Of a stretch of 64,000 nucleotides of DNA, positions 18,594 to 29,115 are shown one piece after another. The position numbers and the translations under genes were made by a program. The DNA comes from Bacillota bacterium (GTDB lineage: Bacteria > Bacillota > SHA-98 > Ch115 > JABLXJ01): the NCBI GenBank assembly GCA_012839815.1, contig DUMQ01000124.1:5933-69932 (forward strand), given 5' to 3'. Within the stretch, counting starts at the first letter, position 1; each line of letters begins with the position of its first letter. Under the pieces are notes generated by a model. That model was not told the origin of the DNA and searched no databases. It saw nothing but the letters and a program-made list of their open reading frames with translations.

Positions 18594-19181
18594 ATGGTGG
18601 ACGAGAGAGTATATTCACTCAGGGAAATCGCGGATATGCTTCAAGTCCCTGAATCGACACTGCGGACATGGAGAGACCAGTTTGCCGAGTTTGTGCCGGC
18701 GCGCGGTTCCGGCAAGACGCGAAAGTATGGAAACCTGGCTCTTGAGGTATTTCGCCGCATCGCAGCATACCGCGAAAAGGGGTATCAAACGCAGGAGATC
18801 GCAGATGCCCTGAACCGGGAGTTCACTATGACCGTTGAAATCGCAGATACCGGCGAACGCGAGCGCGAGCGAATCGCGAACGCCGCCTCTAGCATGGAGC
18901 TTGTTACCAAACTCACAGAGGCCTGGAGTCAGGTGGCTGTGGCCCTCGAAAGCGTGGCCGATCAGAATATGAGGCTTGCGGGGCTGGAACAAAAGGTTGA
19001 GCAGGTCATAAACGATACCGAAGTCTCGGACCAGGAGCGCAGACAGGAGATCCAGGAACTCCGGCGGGCGGTCGAAAGACACGACAGAGAACTCGTTAGG
19101 ATGGCCCGGGAGCGGATGAATCTTCGTAAATCATGGTGGTCCAGGGTTTTTGGCGGCAACCAGCATAAAATCGCATATTGA
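18594..19181 (+). CDS. MerR-type HTH protein with coiled coil and C-terminal amphipathic helix (RacA-like architecture)
   Basis: YSLREIADMLQVPESTLRTW HTH, heptad-rich middle region, C-terminal KSWWSRVFGG. Confidence 0.75.
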   Translation: MVDERVYSLREIADMLQVPESTLRTWRDQFAEFVPARGSGKTRKYGNLALEVFRRIAAYREKGYQTQEIADALNREFTMTVEIADTGERERERIANAASSMELVTKLTEAWSQVAVALESVADQNMRLAGLEQKVEQVINDTEVSDQERRQEIQELRRAVERHDRELVRMARERMNLRKSWWSRVFGGNQHKIAY

Positions 19182-19206
19182 CCGCGCCAAGATACCATGC
19201 TATACT
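19178..19206 (+). promoter_or_regulatory. Sigma-A type promoter of the trp operon
   Basis: TTGACC-N17-TATACT with TG at the extended -10 position. The -35 overlaps the upstream stop codon. Confidence 0.8.
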
Positions 19207-19271
19207 ACAAGCAAATATATAGTTGATATGCCTTACGGCAAGGGCAATTTGCCCGGATAATTTTAAATAGC

Positions 19272-19689
19272 AAACGCGATGACCGGGACGAGTAAGTGCC
19301 AGGCCACGGTTCAGAGAGCAGGTACGATGTGGTGAGATACCGGCCCGATTGGCGGCAACTGAATGGCCCCGTGAGCTTGAAACCGAAATGCCATGCGACC
19401 CCATGCGATCGTGCCGTAGTTGTGTATCGCAATCCTGCAGGGGAAAATCCTGCAAGCGGGCAGAGTAGGCTTTCACGGAGCTTCCACCGTTAAAAGGGAG
19501 ACGGTATCGGATCATCGCTGCCAGGCGGTGATGAACCCATTATATAGGTGGTGGTCCCGTACCTGTAGAGATAGACGATCCACGCATTGCCTCCCTTACC
19601 GGGCTGGCGTGCAGGCATTCGTCCAATTAAGGTGGCACCGCGGAAGCTCAGCCTTTCGCCCTTATCCAGGGCGGAAGGCTTTTTATTTT
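19272..19689 (+). ncRNA. T-box riboswitch leader, Trp specifier
   Basis: Stem I motifs (GATGACCGGGACGAGTA, CAGAGAG, GTGGTGA). GAA-TGG specifier at 19364-19366. AGTAGG and CCGTTA boxes. T-box AATTAAGGTGGCACCGCG at 19625-19642. Terminator AGCCTTTCGCCC...GGGCGGAAGGCT-TTTTATTTT at 19650-19689. Confidence 0.92.
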
Positions 19690-19708
19690 GCCGAGGGGGT
19701 TTTAAGAT

Positions 19709-21367
19709 ATGCTCTATGACAGCATCAGCAACACCGGCATCTACCCGGACGAGGGCGAATTCATCAAACTGGCCCAAACCTATCGAGTCGTTCCTGTGTG
19801 GTGCGATATTCCAGCGGATATGGAGACGCCCATCTCGCTATACCTTAAACTCCGGAACTCCCCGACCTTCCAGGGCATGGACGGGCGACCACTGCCGTCG
19901 TTCCTGCTCGAGAGCGTAGAAGGCGGTGAGAGGCTCGCGCGTTATTCCTTTATCGGCATAGCGCCCAGGGCGGTGATCGCGTCAAAGGGGAATGCCATTA
20001 CCATAGAGGCTGCAGAACATACAGGCGCGTTGGATGACTTATTGGATGGCTTGAAAGATGCCGCCAACCCCCTCCAGTTCCTCCGCGGGCTCCTCTCAAT
20101 TTATCCGGCGGCGCCAGTTCGGGGCTTGCCTCGCTTTCACGGGGGACTGGTGGGCTACCTCGGCTATGATATCGTCAGGTTCATTGAAACCCTGCCCGGG
20201 GGACCGGAAGATGACGCAAACCTCCCCGATATGCTCCTGATGCTGAGCGACATGGTCATTGCCCTGGATCACGTTACATCCACGGCAAGGGTTATCGTGC
20301 TGGCGATCGCCGCCGGGGGTGACTGCTGCAAAGGAGGCATGAGCGGACCGGTGCCGGGCGAGCGGGTGCCAGGCGGAACGGCGAAGCTGCACGCCGCATA
20401 CACGCTGGCCCGCAGCCGGATCCAGCAGGTGCTCAGCATACTCCGGGGCCCGGGTGGATCCCAAGGGGCGGGGGTTGTGGGTGAGACAGGGATGAGATAT
20501 GCCGGCGATGACAAAGACGATGTGATCGAAACCAACATCGACCGCGATGAATTCGTCCATGCTGTAAAAAAGGCTAAGGAGCACATCGCGTGCGGCGATA
20601 TCTTTCAGGTGGTCCTGTCCCAGAGGCTGAAGACCAGACTAAATGTGGATCCATTCAGTGTCTACAGGACCCTCCGGCGCCTAAACCCATCTCCCTACCT
20701 CTATTTCCTCGATTTTGGGCGGGTCAAGCTCGTGGGGTCGTCCCCCGAGCTCCTGGTGAGGGTCGAGGATCGCATCGTGGAAACCAACCCGATCGCCGGC
20801 ACCCGCCCCCGTGGCCGCACCCCCGAAGAGGACGCCCGGCTCGAGAGGGAGCTACTGGCAGACGAAAAGGAAAGAGCCGAGCACGTCATGCTGGTCGACC
20901 TGGGCAGAAACGACATCGGTAAGGTGGCCCGCCCCGGCACGGTCAAGGTGGCGGATTTCATGCGGGTCGAACGCTATTCCCATGTCATGCACCTGGTCTC
21001 AACCGTTCGAGGGACCCTTGATGACGGCAAGACCGCACTCGACGCCTTTGAGGCTTGTTTCCCGGCCGGAACCCTGACAGGCGCCCCGAAGGTCCGCGCC
21101 ATGGAGATCATCGATGACCTCGAGCCCACGCGGCGTGGTCCCTATGGAGGCGCCGTCGGTTACCTGGGATTATCAGGGAATATGGACCTGTGCATCGGGA
21201 TACGGACGATCATCATTGACGGGGACGTAGCCTACGTCCAGTCGGGGGCCGGGATCGTAGCGGATTCCGATCCCGCCAGGGAATACGAGGAAAGCCTGAA
21301 TAAGGCAAAGGCGCTGATCGTGGCCATACGGGCCGCGGAAGAGTCTATGCAAAGGGAGGAAGCGTAG
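19709..21367 (+). CDS. trpE: Anthranilate synthase component I
   Basis: FLLESVEGGE..ARYS, GDIFQVVLSQR, KERAEHVMLVDLGRND, FPAGTLTGAPKVRAMEII. Confidence 0.95.
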   Translation: MLYDSISNTGIYPDEGEFIKLAQTYRVVPVWCDIPADMETPISLYLKLRNSPTFQGMDGRPLPSFLLESVEGGERLARYSFIGIAPRAVIASKGNAITIEAAEHTGALDDLLDGLKDAANPLQFLRGLLSIYPAAPVRGLPRFHGGLVGYLGYDIVRFIETLPGGPEDDANLPDMLLMLSDMVIALDHVTSTARVIVLAIAAGGDCCKGGMSGPVPGERVPGGTAKLHAAYTLARSRIQQVLSILRGPGGSQGAGVVGETGMRYAGDDKDDVIETNIDRDEFVHAVKKAKEHIACGDIFQVVLSQRLKTRLNVDPFSVYRTLRRLNPSPYLYFLDFGRVKLVGSSPELLVRVEDRIVETNPIAGTRPRGRTPEEDARLERELLADEKERAEHVMLVDLGRNDIGKVARPGTVKVADFMRVERYSHVMHLVSTVRGTLDDGKTALDAFEACFPAGTLTGAPKVRAMEIIDDLEPTRRGPYGGAVGYLGLSGNMDLCIGIRTIIIDGDVAYVQSGAGIVADSDPAREYEESLNKAKALIVAIRAAEESMQREEA

Positions 21368-22027
21368 ATGATCCTTGTAATCGACAACTACGATTCATTC
21401 ACGTATAACCTTGTTCAATACCTTGCAGAGATGGGCAGGGAGATAGCTGTCTTTAGAAACGATGCAATCACGCTATCCGAGGTGAGGACGCTCGCGCCCG
21501 AGGCTATCATTATATCCCCCGGCCCCGGCACGCCCGACGATGCGGGCATATCCGTCGAGCTCATTCGCGAGTTTGCCAGCACTACGCCCATTCTCGGAGT
21601 CTGCCTCGGCCACCAGGCGATTGGCCGGGCCTATTCGGCCGGGATCAAAAGGGCCCGTACGCTTATGCACGGTAAAACATCTGTCATAACCCACGATGGG
21701 CTCGGCATCTACAAGGGGTTGAGCAATCCCCTCGTCGGCGGGCGCTACCACTCCCTGGTGATAGATGAGAGTTCGCTGCCTTCCTGCCTGAAGGTAACGG
21801 CGAGGGCGGATGACGGGACCATCATGGGTGTTCGTCACAAGCTATACCCCGTCGAGGGGGTGCAGTTTCACCCTGAATCGGTTCTGACGCCGGCCGGCAA
21901 GTCAATCCTCCGCAACTTCGTGTCCCAGTGTGACTGCCGACGCGGCCGGCTCTATATTAACGATATTAACGGTGGTGTGCCTGGCGGAGAGATGCGAGAC
22001 ACCCCGGCCACTGTGCGGCACTGTTAG
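21368..22027 (+). CDS. trpG: Anthranilate synthase component II (glutamine amidotransferase)
   Basis: IDNYDSFTYNL, SPGPG, GVCLGHQ, GVQFHPES. C-terminal tail derived from a repeat element. Confidence 0.95.
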   Translation: MILVIDNYDSFTYNLVQYLAEMGREIAVFRNDAITLSEVRTLAPEAIIISPGPGTPDDAGISVELIREFASTTPILGVCLGHQAIGRAYSAGIKRARTLMHGKTSVITHDGLGIYKGLSNPLVGGRYHSLVIDESSLPSCLKVTARADDGTIMGVRHKLYPVEGVQFHPESVLTPAGKSILRNFVSQCDCRRGRLYINDINGGVPGGEMRDTPATVRHC

Positions 22028-22069
22028 CTGTTACCTGCGAAAGGTCTGGATATTTTTGCGCACTAACTT
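21981..22069. repeat. Partial copy of repeat family F1 (MITE-like)
   Basis: Closely matches the reverse complement of 47665-47755 and the segment 34346-34419. Ends in GCGCACTAACTT(A). Confidence 0.85.
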
Positions 22070-22121
22070 AGCAGAGCATCCTGGGGTAAATATAGGTCTT
22101 TATTAGAACGGAGGGATCGGC

Positions 22122-23168
22122 ATGATCAGGGAATTTATTGCCAAGGCTGCATCCAGGCAGAACCTCTCAGTTGAAGAGGCGGAAGCCGCTATGAATGAGG
22201 TGATGAGCGGGCTTGCGACGCCCGCCCAGATAGCGGGCTATCTCACAGCGCTCAAGGTAAAGGGCGAAACCTGCGAGGAGATAACGGGATCCGCCCGCGC
22301 GATGAGGTCGAAGGCCGTAAAGGTCAAGACGAAGCACCCCACAGTCATCGATACGTGCGGTACCGGCGGGGATGGGGCGCGGACCTTTAATATATCCACG
22401 GCTGCCGCGTTTGTCCTGGCTGGCGGGGGCGTGCCCGTGGCCAAACATGGCAACAGGTCGGTCTCCAGCATGAGCGGGAGCGCCGATGTCTTGGAGGCGT
22501 TGGGCATCAACATCAACCTCTCGCCCGAGCAGGTGGGCCTCTGCATGGATGAGACCGGGTTCGGGTTTCTATTCGCGCCCCACCTCCATACGGCGATGAA
22601 GCACGCGATTGGACCCAGGAGGGAGCTTGGGATTCCCACCATATTCAATATCCTGGGCCCGCTTACAAATCCAGCCTCTGCACAGTGCCAGGTGGTCGGC
22701 GTATTCAGCGAGGGGCTTGTCGAGACCATAGCCCGGGTCCTCGCAAACCTCGGCGTCCGGAGCGCCCTCGTCGTCCATGGACTCGATGGTCTGGATGAAA
22801 TATCCATTTCAGCCGGCACCAGGGTTGCACACCTTGCGGACGGGAACATCCGGAGCTATTATATAGAACCCGAGGACTTCGACCTGCCGCGCGCCTCCCT
22901 GGATGATGTAAGGGGTGGGACGCCATCTGAGAACGCCGCGATCATAATGGATGTCCTTGGTGGAGCCAGGGGCCCGCGCCGCGACATCGTGCTCCTGAAT
23001 GCTGCTGCTGCCTTCGTCGCTGCAGGAGCGGCAAGGGATATCGGCGAGGGCATCGGCCTCGCCAGGGAAGCCATAGATTCCGGCCGCGCCATGGAGAAGG
23101 TCGAGGAAGTAAGGAGATTTACAGGACGTTTTGCAAGTGCCGCATGCGCGCCTACACTCAGGGGGTGA
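22122..23168 (+). CDS. trpD: Anthranilate phosphoribosyltransferase
   Basis: DTCGTGGDG, FNIST, KHGNRSVSS, GSADVLEALG, GLDEIS. Confidence 0.95.
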   Translation: MIREFIAKAASRQNLSVEEAEAAMNEVMSGLATPAQIAGYLTALKVKGETCEEITGSARAMRSKAVKVKTKHPTVIDTCGTGGDGARTFNISTAAAFVLAGGGVPVAKHGNRSVSSMSGSADVLEALGININLSPEQVGLCMDETGFGFLFAPHLHTAMKHAIGPRRELGIPTIFNILGPLTNPASAQCQVVGVFSEGLVETIARVLANLGVRSALVVHGLDGLDEISISAGTRVAHLADGNIRSYYIEPEDFDLPRASLDDVRGGTPSENAAIIMDVLGGARGPRRDIVLLNAAAAFVAAGAARDIGEGIGLAREAIDSGRAMEKVEEVRRFTGRFASAACAPTLRG

Positions 23169-23174
23169 TATGCT

Positions 23175-24089
23175 ATGTTCCTGGACGAGATTGCAAGGTA
23201 TAAACGGGAGGAAGTGGCATTGTCGCGGCTGCGCCTGCCCCTCGACGCCCTCCTCTCCAGGGTCGGCAACGGCCCCTTCAATGGCACGAGACGCTTCACA
23301 AAGGCCCTCTCGGCGCCACCGCGTGATGGGCTCGTCCATATCATAGCAGAGATAAAACGTGCCTCACCATCCAGGGGGATGATACGGCCCGACCTGGATC
23401 CGGTCGATATGGCGAGATCCTACCAAACGCACGGAGCATCTGCCATATCGGTGCTGACGGAGACCAGGTATTTCCTGGGTGATCCGGGTTATATCGCCAA
23501 GGTCAAGGGCGCCGTTGACCTCCCGGTCCTCCGGAAGGACTTTATAGTTGACCCTTACCAGATTTTCGAATCCAAGCTGCTGGGGGCGGATGCCATCCTC
23601 ATCATCGCAAGGCTCGTCGGGAGAGAGCTGGAGGCATTCGTCACCCTTGCTCACGAGATCGGCCTCGAATGCCTCGTGGAGGTTCACTCAAAGGATGAGC
23701 TCCTGGCCGCCATCGACACCCCGGCCCGGGTCATAGGTATAAATAACCGCGACCTCGAAACGTTTTCAGTGGACCTGGCGGTAACATTTGAACTGGCGCC
23801 TCTTGTACCCAGGGACAGGGTCATCGTAAGCGAGAGTGGCATATGGACGAGTGAGCATGTGGAGATGGTGGCCAGGTCAGGCGTGAACGCCATCCTGGTG
23901 GGGGAGTCCCTGATGCGCGCGGCCGACGTAGGCAAGCAGATGAGAAGTTTGAAGGGCCTACCCGCTGCTCGTGGCATACCCGCTGCCAGTGGACCACCCG
24001 CCGCCGGTGGAAGGCCGCAGCGACATGAGCTGGACCCCGTCAAATGGGGAGAACCGGAGGAGGCCGGGGAACTCTATGAACACAGCTGA
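23175..24089 (+). CDS. trpC: Indole-3-glycerol phosphate synthase
   Basis: IAEIKRASPSRG, SVLTE, LRKDFI, GINNRDL, SESG, LVGESLM. Confidence 0.95.
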   Translation: MFLDEIARYKREEVALSRLRLPLDALLSRVGNGPFNGTRRFTKALSAPPRDGLVHIIAEIKRASPSRGMIRPDLDPVDMARSYQTHGASAISVLTETRYFLGDPGYIAKVKGAVDLPVLRKDFIVDPYQIFESKLLGADAILIIARLVGRELEAFVTLAHEIGLECLVEVHSKDELLAAIDTPARVIGINNRDLETFSVDLAVTFELAPLVPRDRVIVSESGIWTSEHVEMVARSGVNAILVGESLMRAADVGKQMRSLKGLPAARGIPAASGPPAAGGRPQRHELDPVKWGEPEEAGELYEHS

Positions 24090-24789
24090 GAAGGATATGC
24101 AGGGCACGTACGACTGCCAGATATGGGTCAAGATATGCGGGATAGCCGATATTGAAACGGCTCAAGCTGCAGTAAGATGCGGGGCAAGCGCCATTGGCTT
24201 CGTATTCGCCGAGAAGAGCCCGAGACGGGTATCACCCGAGACGGCCCGGCGGATATCTAATTCCCTGCCTCGCGGCATCGAGAAGGTGGGTGTTTTCGTA
24301 GATGAGGATCCGGGTAAGGTCGCCCAGATCGCCGGGTTTTGCGGGCTTGACCTCGTCCAACTCCATGGCAGGGAGAGCCCCGAGTACTGCCGGGCACTGG
24401 GCCTTCCGGTTATAAAGGCGTTCAGGGTCCGGGATGCCCGCGGCGCCCGTGACCTGGACGTGGAGGATCCTGCCGAGATCATGGAACGGTACGCCGCCGT
24501 GACCAATGTGGCCCGTTTCCTCCTTGACACCTACGTCGCCGGTAACCCGGGCGGGACCGGCAGGTCCTTCGACTGGGCAGTCGCCGCCTCGCTCGTGGCC
24601 CGGGCCCGCCGGCCGGTCATCCTGGCGGGCGGCCTGACACCCGAAAACGTCGCTCGCGCTATAAGCATCGCGCGGCCGTTTGGAGTGGATGTGTCCAGCG
24701 GGGTGGAATCCAATGGCAGGAAAGATGCAGGGTTGATACGGTTATTTCTCGAAAATGCCAATTCAGGGGAAGGAGAGCTACCGATATGA
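24076..24789 (+). CDS. trpF: Phosphoribosylanthranilate isomerase
   Basis: [40 protein letters not shown]. Start moved to ATG 24076. Confidence 0.93.
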   Translation: MNTAEKDMQGTYDCQIWVKICGIADIETAQAAVRCGASAIGFVFAEKSPRRVSPETARRISNSLPRGIEKVGVFVDEDPGKVAQIAGFCGLDLVQLHGRESPEYCRALGLPVIKAFRVRDARGARDLDVEDPAEIMERYAAVTNVARFLLDTYVAGNPGGTGRSFDWAVAASLVARARRPVILAGGLTPENVARAISIARPFGVDVSSGVESNGRKDAGLIRLFLENANSGEGELPI

Positions 24790-25985
24790 CTAGTGCAAGA
24801 AATGCCCTCCCGGCCAGATTTGGATCGTTTGGGGGGCAGTACGTACCCGAGACCCTCATGCCGGCCCTGGACCAGCTCGAGGAGGCCTATCTGGCATCCA
24901 GAGCTGATGAGTCTTTCAGGCAGGAATTCGAATACTACCTGCGGTGCTATGCGGGGCGGCCAACGCCGCTATACTTTGCCGAGGGTCTGACGCGACATTA
25001 CGGGAGGGCCAAAATATACCTGAAGCGGGAGGACCTTGCCCATACCGGCGCTCATAAGATAAATAACGCCCTGGGCCAGGTGCTGCTCGCAAAGCGCATG
25101 GGTAAGACGAGGATCATAGCGGAGACCGGAGCCGGGCAGCACGGTGTAGCCACGGCGACAGCGTGCGCTAAATTCTCTATACCGTGCGCCGTCTACATGG
25201 GCGAGGAGGATATCGAACGCCAGAGGCTGAACGTTTTTAGGATGCGGCTGCTCGGCGCGGAGGTAATCTCCGTATCGCAGGGGAGTCGCACGCTCAAGGA
25301 TGCTATCAACGAAGCGATCCGCGATTGGGTGACAAACGTTGCCACAACTCACTACGTGATAGGATCGGTGGTTGGGCCTCACCCGTACCCGACAATGGTC
25401 CGGGATTTCCAGTCGGTCATCGGCATGGAAACCAGGGAACAGGTTCTCGCCGTCGAGGGGAGGCTGCCATCTTACCTGGTTGCCTGCGTGGGCGGGGGTA
25501 GCAATGCCATGGGGTTCTTTCACCCCTTCGTGGGCGACCCCACTGTCAGGTTCATAGGCGTCGAGGCCGCCGGGGCGGGCATCGAGACGGGCAGACACGC
25601 AGCCACGCTCACAGCCGGAAGCCCCGGTGTGCTGCACGGCGCCAAGAGCTTCCTCCTCCAGGACAATGACGGCCAGGTCCTGCCTGCCTACTCCATTTCA
25701 GCTGGTCTCGACTACCCGGGCGTCGGGCCCGAACACGCCTATTTTAAGGAAACCGGGCGGGCCACCTACGTTTCGGCCACCGATAAGGAAGCCTTGGATG
25801 CGTTCCTGATGCTCTCGGAGGTCGAGGGCATCATACCTGCGCTTGAGAGCGCGCACGCCATAGCGTATCTGGATAAGCTCCTGCCGCAGACAACACCCGA
25901 TGACATAGTTGTCGTTTGCCTCTCCGGGCGCGGCGACAAAGATGTTGAGACGGTGGAAAAAGTCCTGCAAGGGTGCATGAAATGA
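24786..25985 (+). CDS. trpB: Tryptophan synthase beta subunit
   Basis: [50 protein letters not shown]. Confidence 0.97.
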   Translation: MTSARNALPARFGSFGGQYVPETLMPALDQLEEAYLASRADESFRQEFEYYLRCYAGRPTPLYFAEGLTRHYGRAKIYLKREDLAHTGAHKINNALGQVLLAKRMGKTRIIAETGAGQHGVATATACAKFSIPCAVYMGEEDIERQRLNVFRMRLLGAEVISVSQGSRTLKDAINEAIRDWVTNVATTHYVIGSVVGPHPYPTMVRDFQSVIGMETREQVLAVEGRLPSYLVACVGGGSNAMGFFHPFVGDPTVRFIGVEAAGAGIETGRHAATLTAGSPGVLHGAKSFLLQDNDGQVLPAYSISAGLDYPGVGPEHAYFKETGRATYVSATDKEALDAFLMLSEVEGIIPALESAHAIAYLDKLLPQTTPDDIVVVCLSGRGDKDVETVEKVLQGCMK

Positions 25986-25992
25986 GGGCACC

Positions 25993-26913
25993 ATGAACAT
26001 GAAAGGGAGTGTTTGCATCATGAATGATCACATTATGAATACGAATGAGAACGCAGGCTCGCGCTCGAGGCTCCAGAAAAAATTCAGCGAGCTTCGCGCC
26101 CATAATAGGAAAGGACTCATCATATATATTTGTGCCGGCGACCCCGATATCCGCACAACATTCAACATGGCAAAGGCAATAGCAAAGGCTGGGGCCGACG
26201 TCATCGAGCTCGGGGTGCCCTTCTCGGACCCGCTCGCCGATGGCCCCGTGATCCAGGCGGCCTCCACGCGTGCCCTGGCCTCCGGCACGAACGTGAAGAA
26301 GATACTGGCCCTCGTTGACTCCCTGCGATACGAGGATGATTTCCCCAAGATTCCCCTCGTCCTGATGACGTATCTCAACCCGGTTTATCGTTACGGCCTC
26401 GCTGAATTCGTCAGGGATGCTGCAGCCGCCGGCGTCGACGGCCTCATAGTCCCGGATCTCCCCGCAGGCGAGGAGGAAAGCGCCGAACTTATAAATGCCA
26501 TGTCCGGCCCTGACATTTTTATGGATCTCATCCCCCTGGTGGCCCCGACCAGCACCGATGAGCGGATTCGCGCTGCGGCGGACATCGCCCGTAGCTTCAT
26601 ATATTGTGTATCGCTCACGGGGGTCACGGGTGCGAGGGATTCGCTTCCTGCCGGGCTCGAGGGCTTTATAGGCCGCGTAAGGAGCCTGACGGATAAGCCG
26701 GTGGCAGTTGGCTTCGGGATTTCCACGCCCGAGCACGCCCGCGAGGCAGCCCGCCACGCCGATGCAGTGATAGTGGGTAGTGCAATAGTCAAGACCATCC
26801 ACGACGTGACCACGAGCATGGGCACCGGGCCCGCAGCACTGGCCAGCGTCCGCGCGGTTGTGGAGGGTTTCAAAAACGCCATCACCGCCCGGCCAGCCTG
26901 CAGCGACTCCTGA
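25993..26913 (+). CDS. trpA: Tryptophan synthase alpha subunit
   Basis: IELGVPFSDPLADGPVIQ, LMTYLN, VSLTGVTGAR, VGFGIS, DAVIVGSA. Start may be a later ATG. Confidence 0.95.
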   Translation: MNMKGSVCIMNDHIMNTNENAGSRSRLQKKFSELRAHNRKGLIIYICAGDPDIRTTFNMAKAIAKAGADVIELGVPFSDPLADGPVIQAASTRALASGTNVKKILALVDSLRYEDDFPKIPLVLMTYLNPVYRYGLAEFVRDAAAAGVDGLIVPDLPAGEEESAELINAMSGPDIFMDLIPLVAPTSTDERIRAAADIARSFIYCVSLTGVTGARDSLPAGLEGFIGRVRSLTDKPVAVGFGISTPEHAREAARHADAVIVGSAIVKTIHDVTTSMGTGPAALASVRAVVEGFKNAITARPACSDS

Positions 26914-26920
26914 TATGGCT

Positions 26921-27859
26921 CTATACAAACGGCAGGGTTGTCTGGTGCTCGCTGCCGGTCTCACCGTCACCGGGCGGGGAACACGTTACAGAACGCCGCA
27001 CCCGTGACACCGCCTCCGCGAAATAGCCGGGGTCTATCTCAAAGCCGACGAAGGACTTCCCCAGCTTCGCGCAGGCGATGGCGGTGTTCCCGATCCCCAA
27101 AAACGGATCCATTACGAGGGCGCAACGTTCGAGCCCATGTAGCTTGATGCACATCTCCGGGAGCTTGGGCGGAAACGTTGCAGGGTGAGGGCGCTCGTCG
27201 TTGCGGCTGCGTATGGTTTCATACGGAATGAACCACGTATTGCCCCTGCACCTGAGGTCCCTCCCGCCGCCATTGCCGCTCCAGCGGGTTACGTTGGACT
27301 TATCTTGGTATGGGACGCCTATGGCGAGCCTGTCCAGCTCGACATCGCCCGACTTCGTCAGGTGGAATATATATTCATGGCAGTCGTTTAGGAACCGGTT
27401 GCTGTTGATGGGCTTGTAATGTCCCACGGATATGTCACATATGGCCCCGGGATAATTTCCCATATCCTCCCGGGCTATAGCTATTGACTTAATCCAGTGG
27501 ATTACATTCTGCAGGCAGAATATATCTCGCAGCGTGGTTATCACCTCAAAGGGTACCCAGGGATCCGTTGGCTTGGACCCTATGTTCAAGAAGAGCGACC
27601 CCTCCTCCGCCAGCACCCGTTTCACGGCAGAGGCCCATCTCCGCGTCCATGACAGGTACCTATCCCGATCAATCGTATCATCATACTTGCTGTATTTTAT
27701 CCCGAGGTTATAGGGCGGAGAGGTCACTACAACGTCAACCGACCCGGGGGCGAGGCGTTTAGCCATCCCTTCCAGGCAATCCTCCATAAAGAAGCTCAGG
27801 CTCGCGGTTGTGCCCGGGAGGGTTATTAGCTCCTCCTTGATCGCTTCCTCGTTACTCAC
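26921..27859 (-). CDS. Site-specific DNA methyltransferase (amino-MTase, beta order; N4-cytosine-like)
   Basis: Catalytic VVTSPPYN precedes the SAM-binding [15 protein letters not shown] and GFEIDPGY also present. Confidence 0.88.
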   Translation of the reverse strand: MSNEEAIKEELITLPGTTASLSFFMEDCLEGMAKRLAPGSVDVVVTSPPYNLGIKYSKYDDTIDRDRYLSWTRRWASAVKRVLAEEGSLFLNIGSKPTDPWVPFEVITTLRDIFCLQNVIHWIKSIAIAREDMGNYPGAICDISVGHYKPINSNRFLNDCHEYIFHLTKSGDVELDRLAIGVPYQDKSNVTRWSGNGGGRDLRCRGNTWFIPYETIRSRNDERPHPATFPPKLPEMCIKLHGLERCALVMDPFLGIGNTAIACAKLGKSFVGFEIDPGYFAEAVSRVRRSVTCSPPGDGETGSEHQTTLPFV

Positions 27860-28419
27860 TGGTTCCCAGCCTCCAGATTCAAGGTCTCAAGGTTCAGAAG
27901 GAATCTCTTCAGATCGAGGCCACCGCCATAGCCAACAAGACTCCCGCCGGATCCTATAACGCGGTGACATGGAATTATGACCGGGACCGGGTTGGCCCCG
28001 CTCGCCGCGCCCACCGCCCGCGCGGCTCCCGGCCTCCCGATAGCGGCTGCGATCTCGCCATAGGTGGCAGTCGTGCCATAAGGGATCTCCGCTATCTTGC
28101 GCCATACGGCGCGCCTGAAATCCGTACCACGCATGTCGACCGGCACGGAAAAGGCCTTCAGCCTGCCCGAGAGGTAGGCGTTGATCTCGGCGATCGCCAG
28201 CTCGTTGATATCGTCGCCCGCTCCCGGATCATGTCGGATATTCTCATCGCCGAATACCCTGCGCAGCCAGGCAAAGAACTCCCCCTCGGGTTCTGCCGGA
28301 AGCAGGAGCCTTACGACCCCCTTCTCGGAGGAGGCCACCAGCATCCGGCCGATGCTCGTCTCAAATCCTACATATGAAACCAAGGCTCTTATCCCCTTCC
28401 TTTTCCTTCCTCCCGCCAT
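27856..28419 (-). CDS. ogt: Methylated-DNA-protein-cysteine methyltransferase
   Basis: [16 protein letters not shown]...[16 protein letters not shown]. Confidence 0.93.
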   Translation of the reverse strand: MAGGRKRKGIRALVSYVGFETSIGRMLVASSEKGVVRLLLPAEPEGEFFAWLRRVFGDENIRHDPGAGDDINELAIAEINAYLSGRLKAFSVPVDMRGTDFRRAVWRKIAEIPYGTTATYGEIAAAIGRPGAARAVGAASGANPVPVIIPCHRVIGSGGSLVGYGGGLDLKRFLLNLETLNLEAGNQ

Positions 28420-28545
28420 TCCCGCACGTCGGGCGGGCGAGCGAAAACCATGAGCCGAACATGGATATGCTAAACATCAAGAAGTCTTTATCCGGCGAGG
28501 AGCGACACTGGTATATGCGACACCCATGTATAACATATATAAAAA

Positions 28546-28923
28546 ATGGTGGTGACTGATTTGAACGGAGATAGATTCCCCTTCAAATTCTCCTTCCGCA
28601 CGCCAGCCTCTTTTGTGTTCGCGGTCATGGTCATCATGTTTTCAATTATAGTAGCCACGTCGAGGCTCGATGTGGCGGATCTCGGAGGGAAAGCCCCTGA
28701 CTTGAATTTATCACTCGATGCCAGGGAGTTCAATACTTACCCGTACTACGAGATATATGACCAGGATACCTTGGAATTTCTCATGGTAGTCGATTTCCCG
28801 GTCTATCCCGGTGATGAATTCCTGACTCCCGACAACCGGCTCTTTCATATTAATTACGTGGAGGAGAATAGGGCCTATGCGGCATTTGTAAGAAAGGTCA
28901 GGCTCATTAAACCACGTCATTGA
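28546..28923 (+). CDS. Small membrane-anchored protein resembling the N-terminal domain of clostridial SpoIIP
   Basis: TM segment, then YYEIYD...VYPGDEFLTPDNRLFHINYVEENRAYA. The family resemblance is from memory. Confidence 0.5.
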   Translation: MVVTDLNGDRFPFKFSFRTPASFVFAVMVIMFSIIVATSRLDVADLGGKAPDLNLSLDAREFNTYPYYEIYDQDTLEFLMVVDFPVYPGDEFLTPDNRLFHINYVEENRAYAAFVRKVRLIKPRH

Positions 28924-29115
28924 TTCCCTGATCTTTCCCATCTACTCCCACGGTACACATTCAGGACCCAGTAATATACTCTATAATAATTATTTTACAT
29001 TAAAGTGAATTTTTGTATCGAATATTCCCGAACCCTCTTGATTTACCTTATATATCCTATATAATGGAATATGTTGTAACAATTTATAAGTATTAATCTA
29101 AGAAAGGAGAATTAA

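Noticed and set aside
26921-27859. Type II restriction-modification system
   Set aside because: No candidate endonuclease ORF beside the methyltransferase. The neighbours are trpA and ogt.
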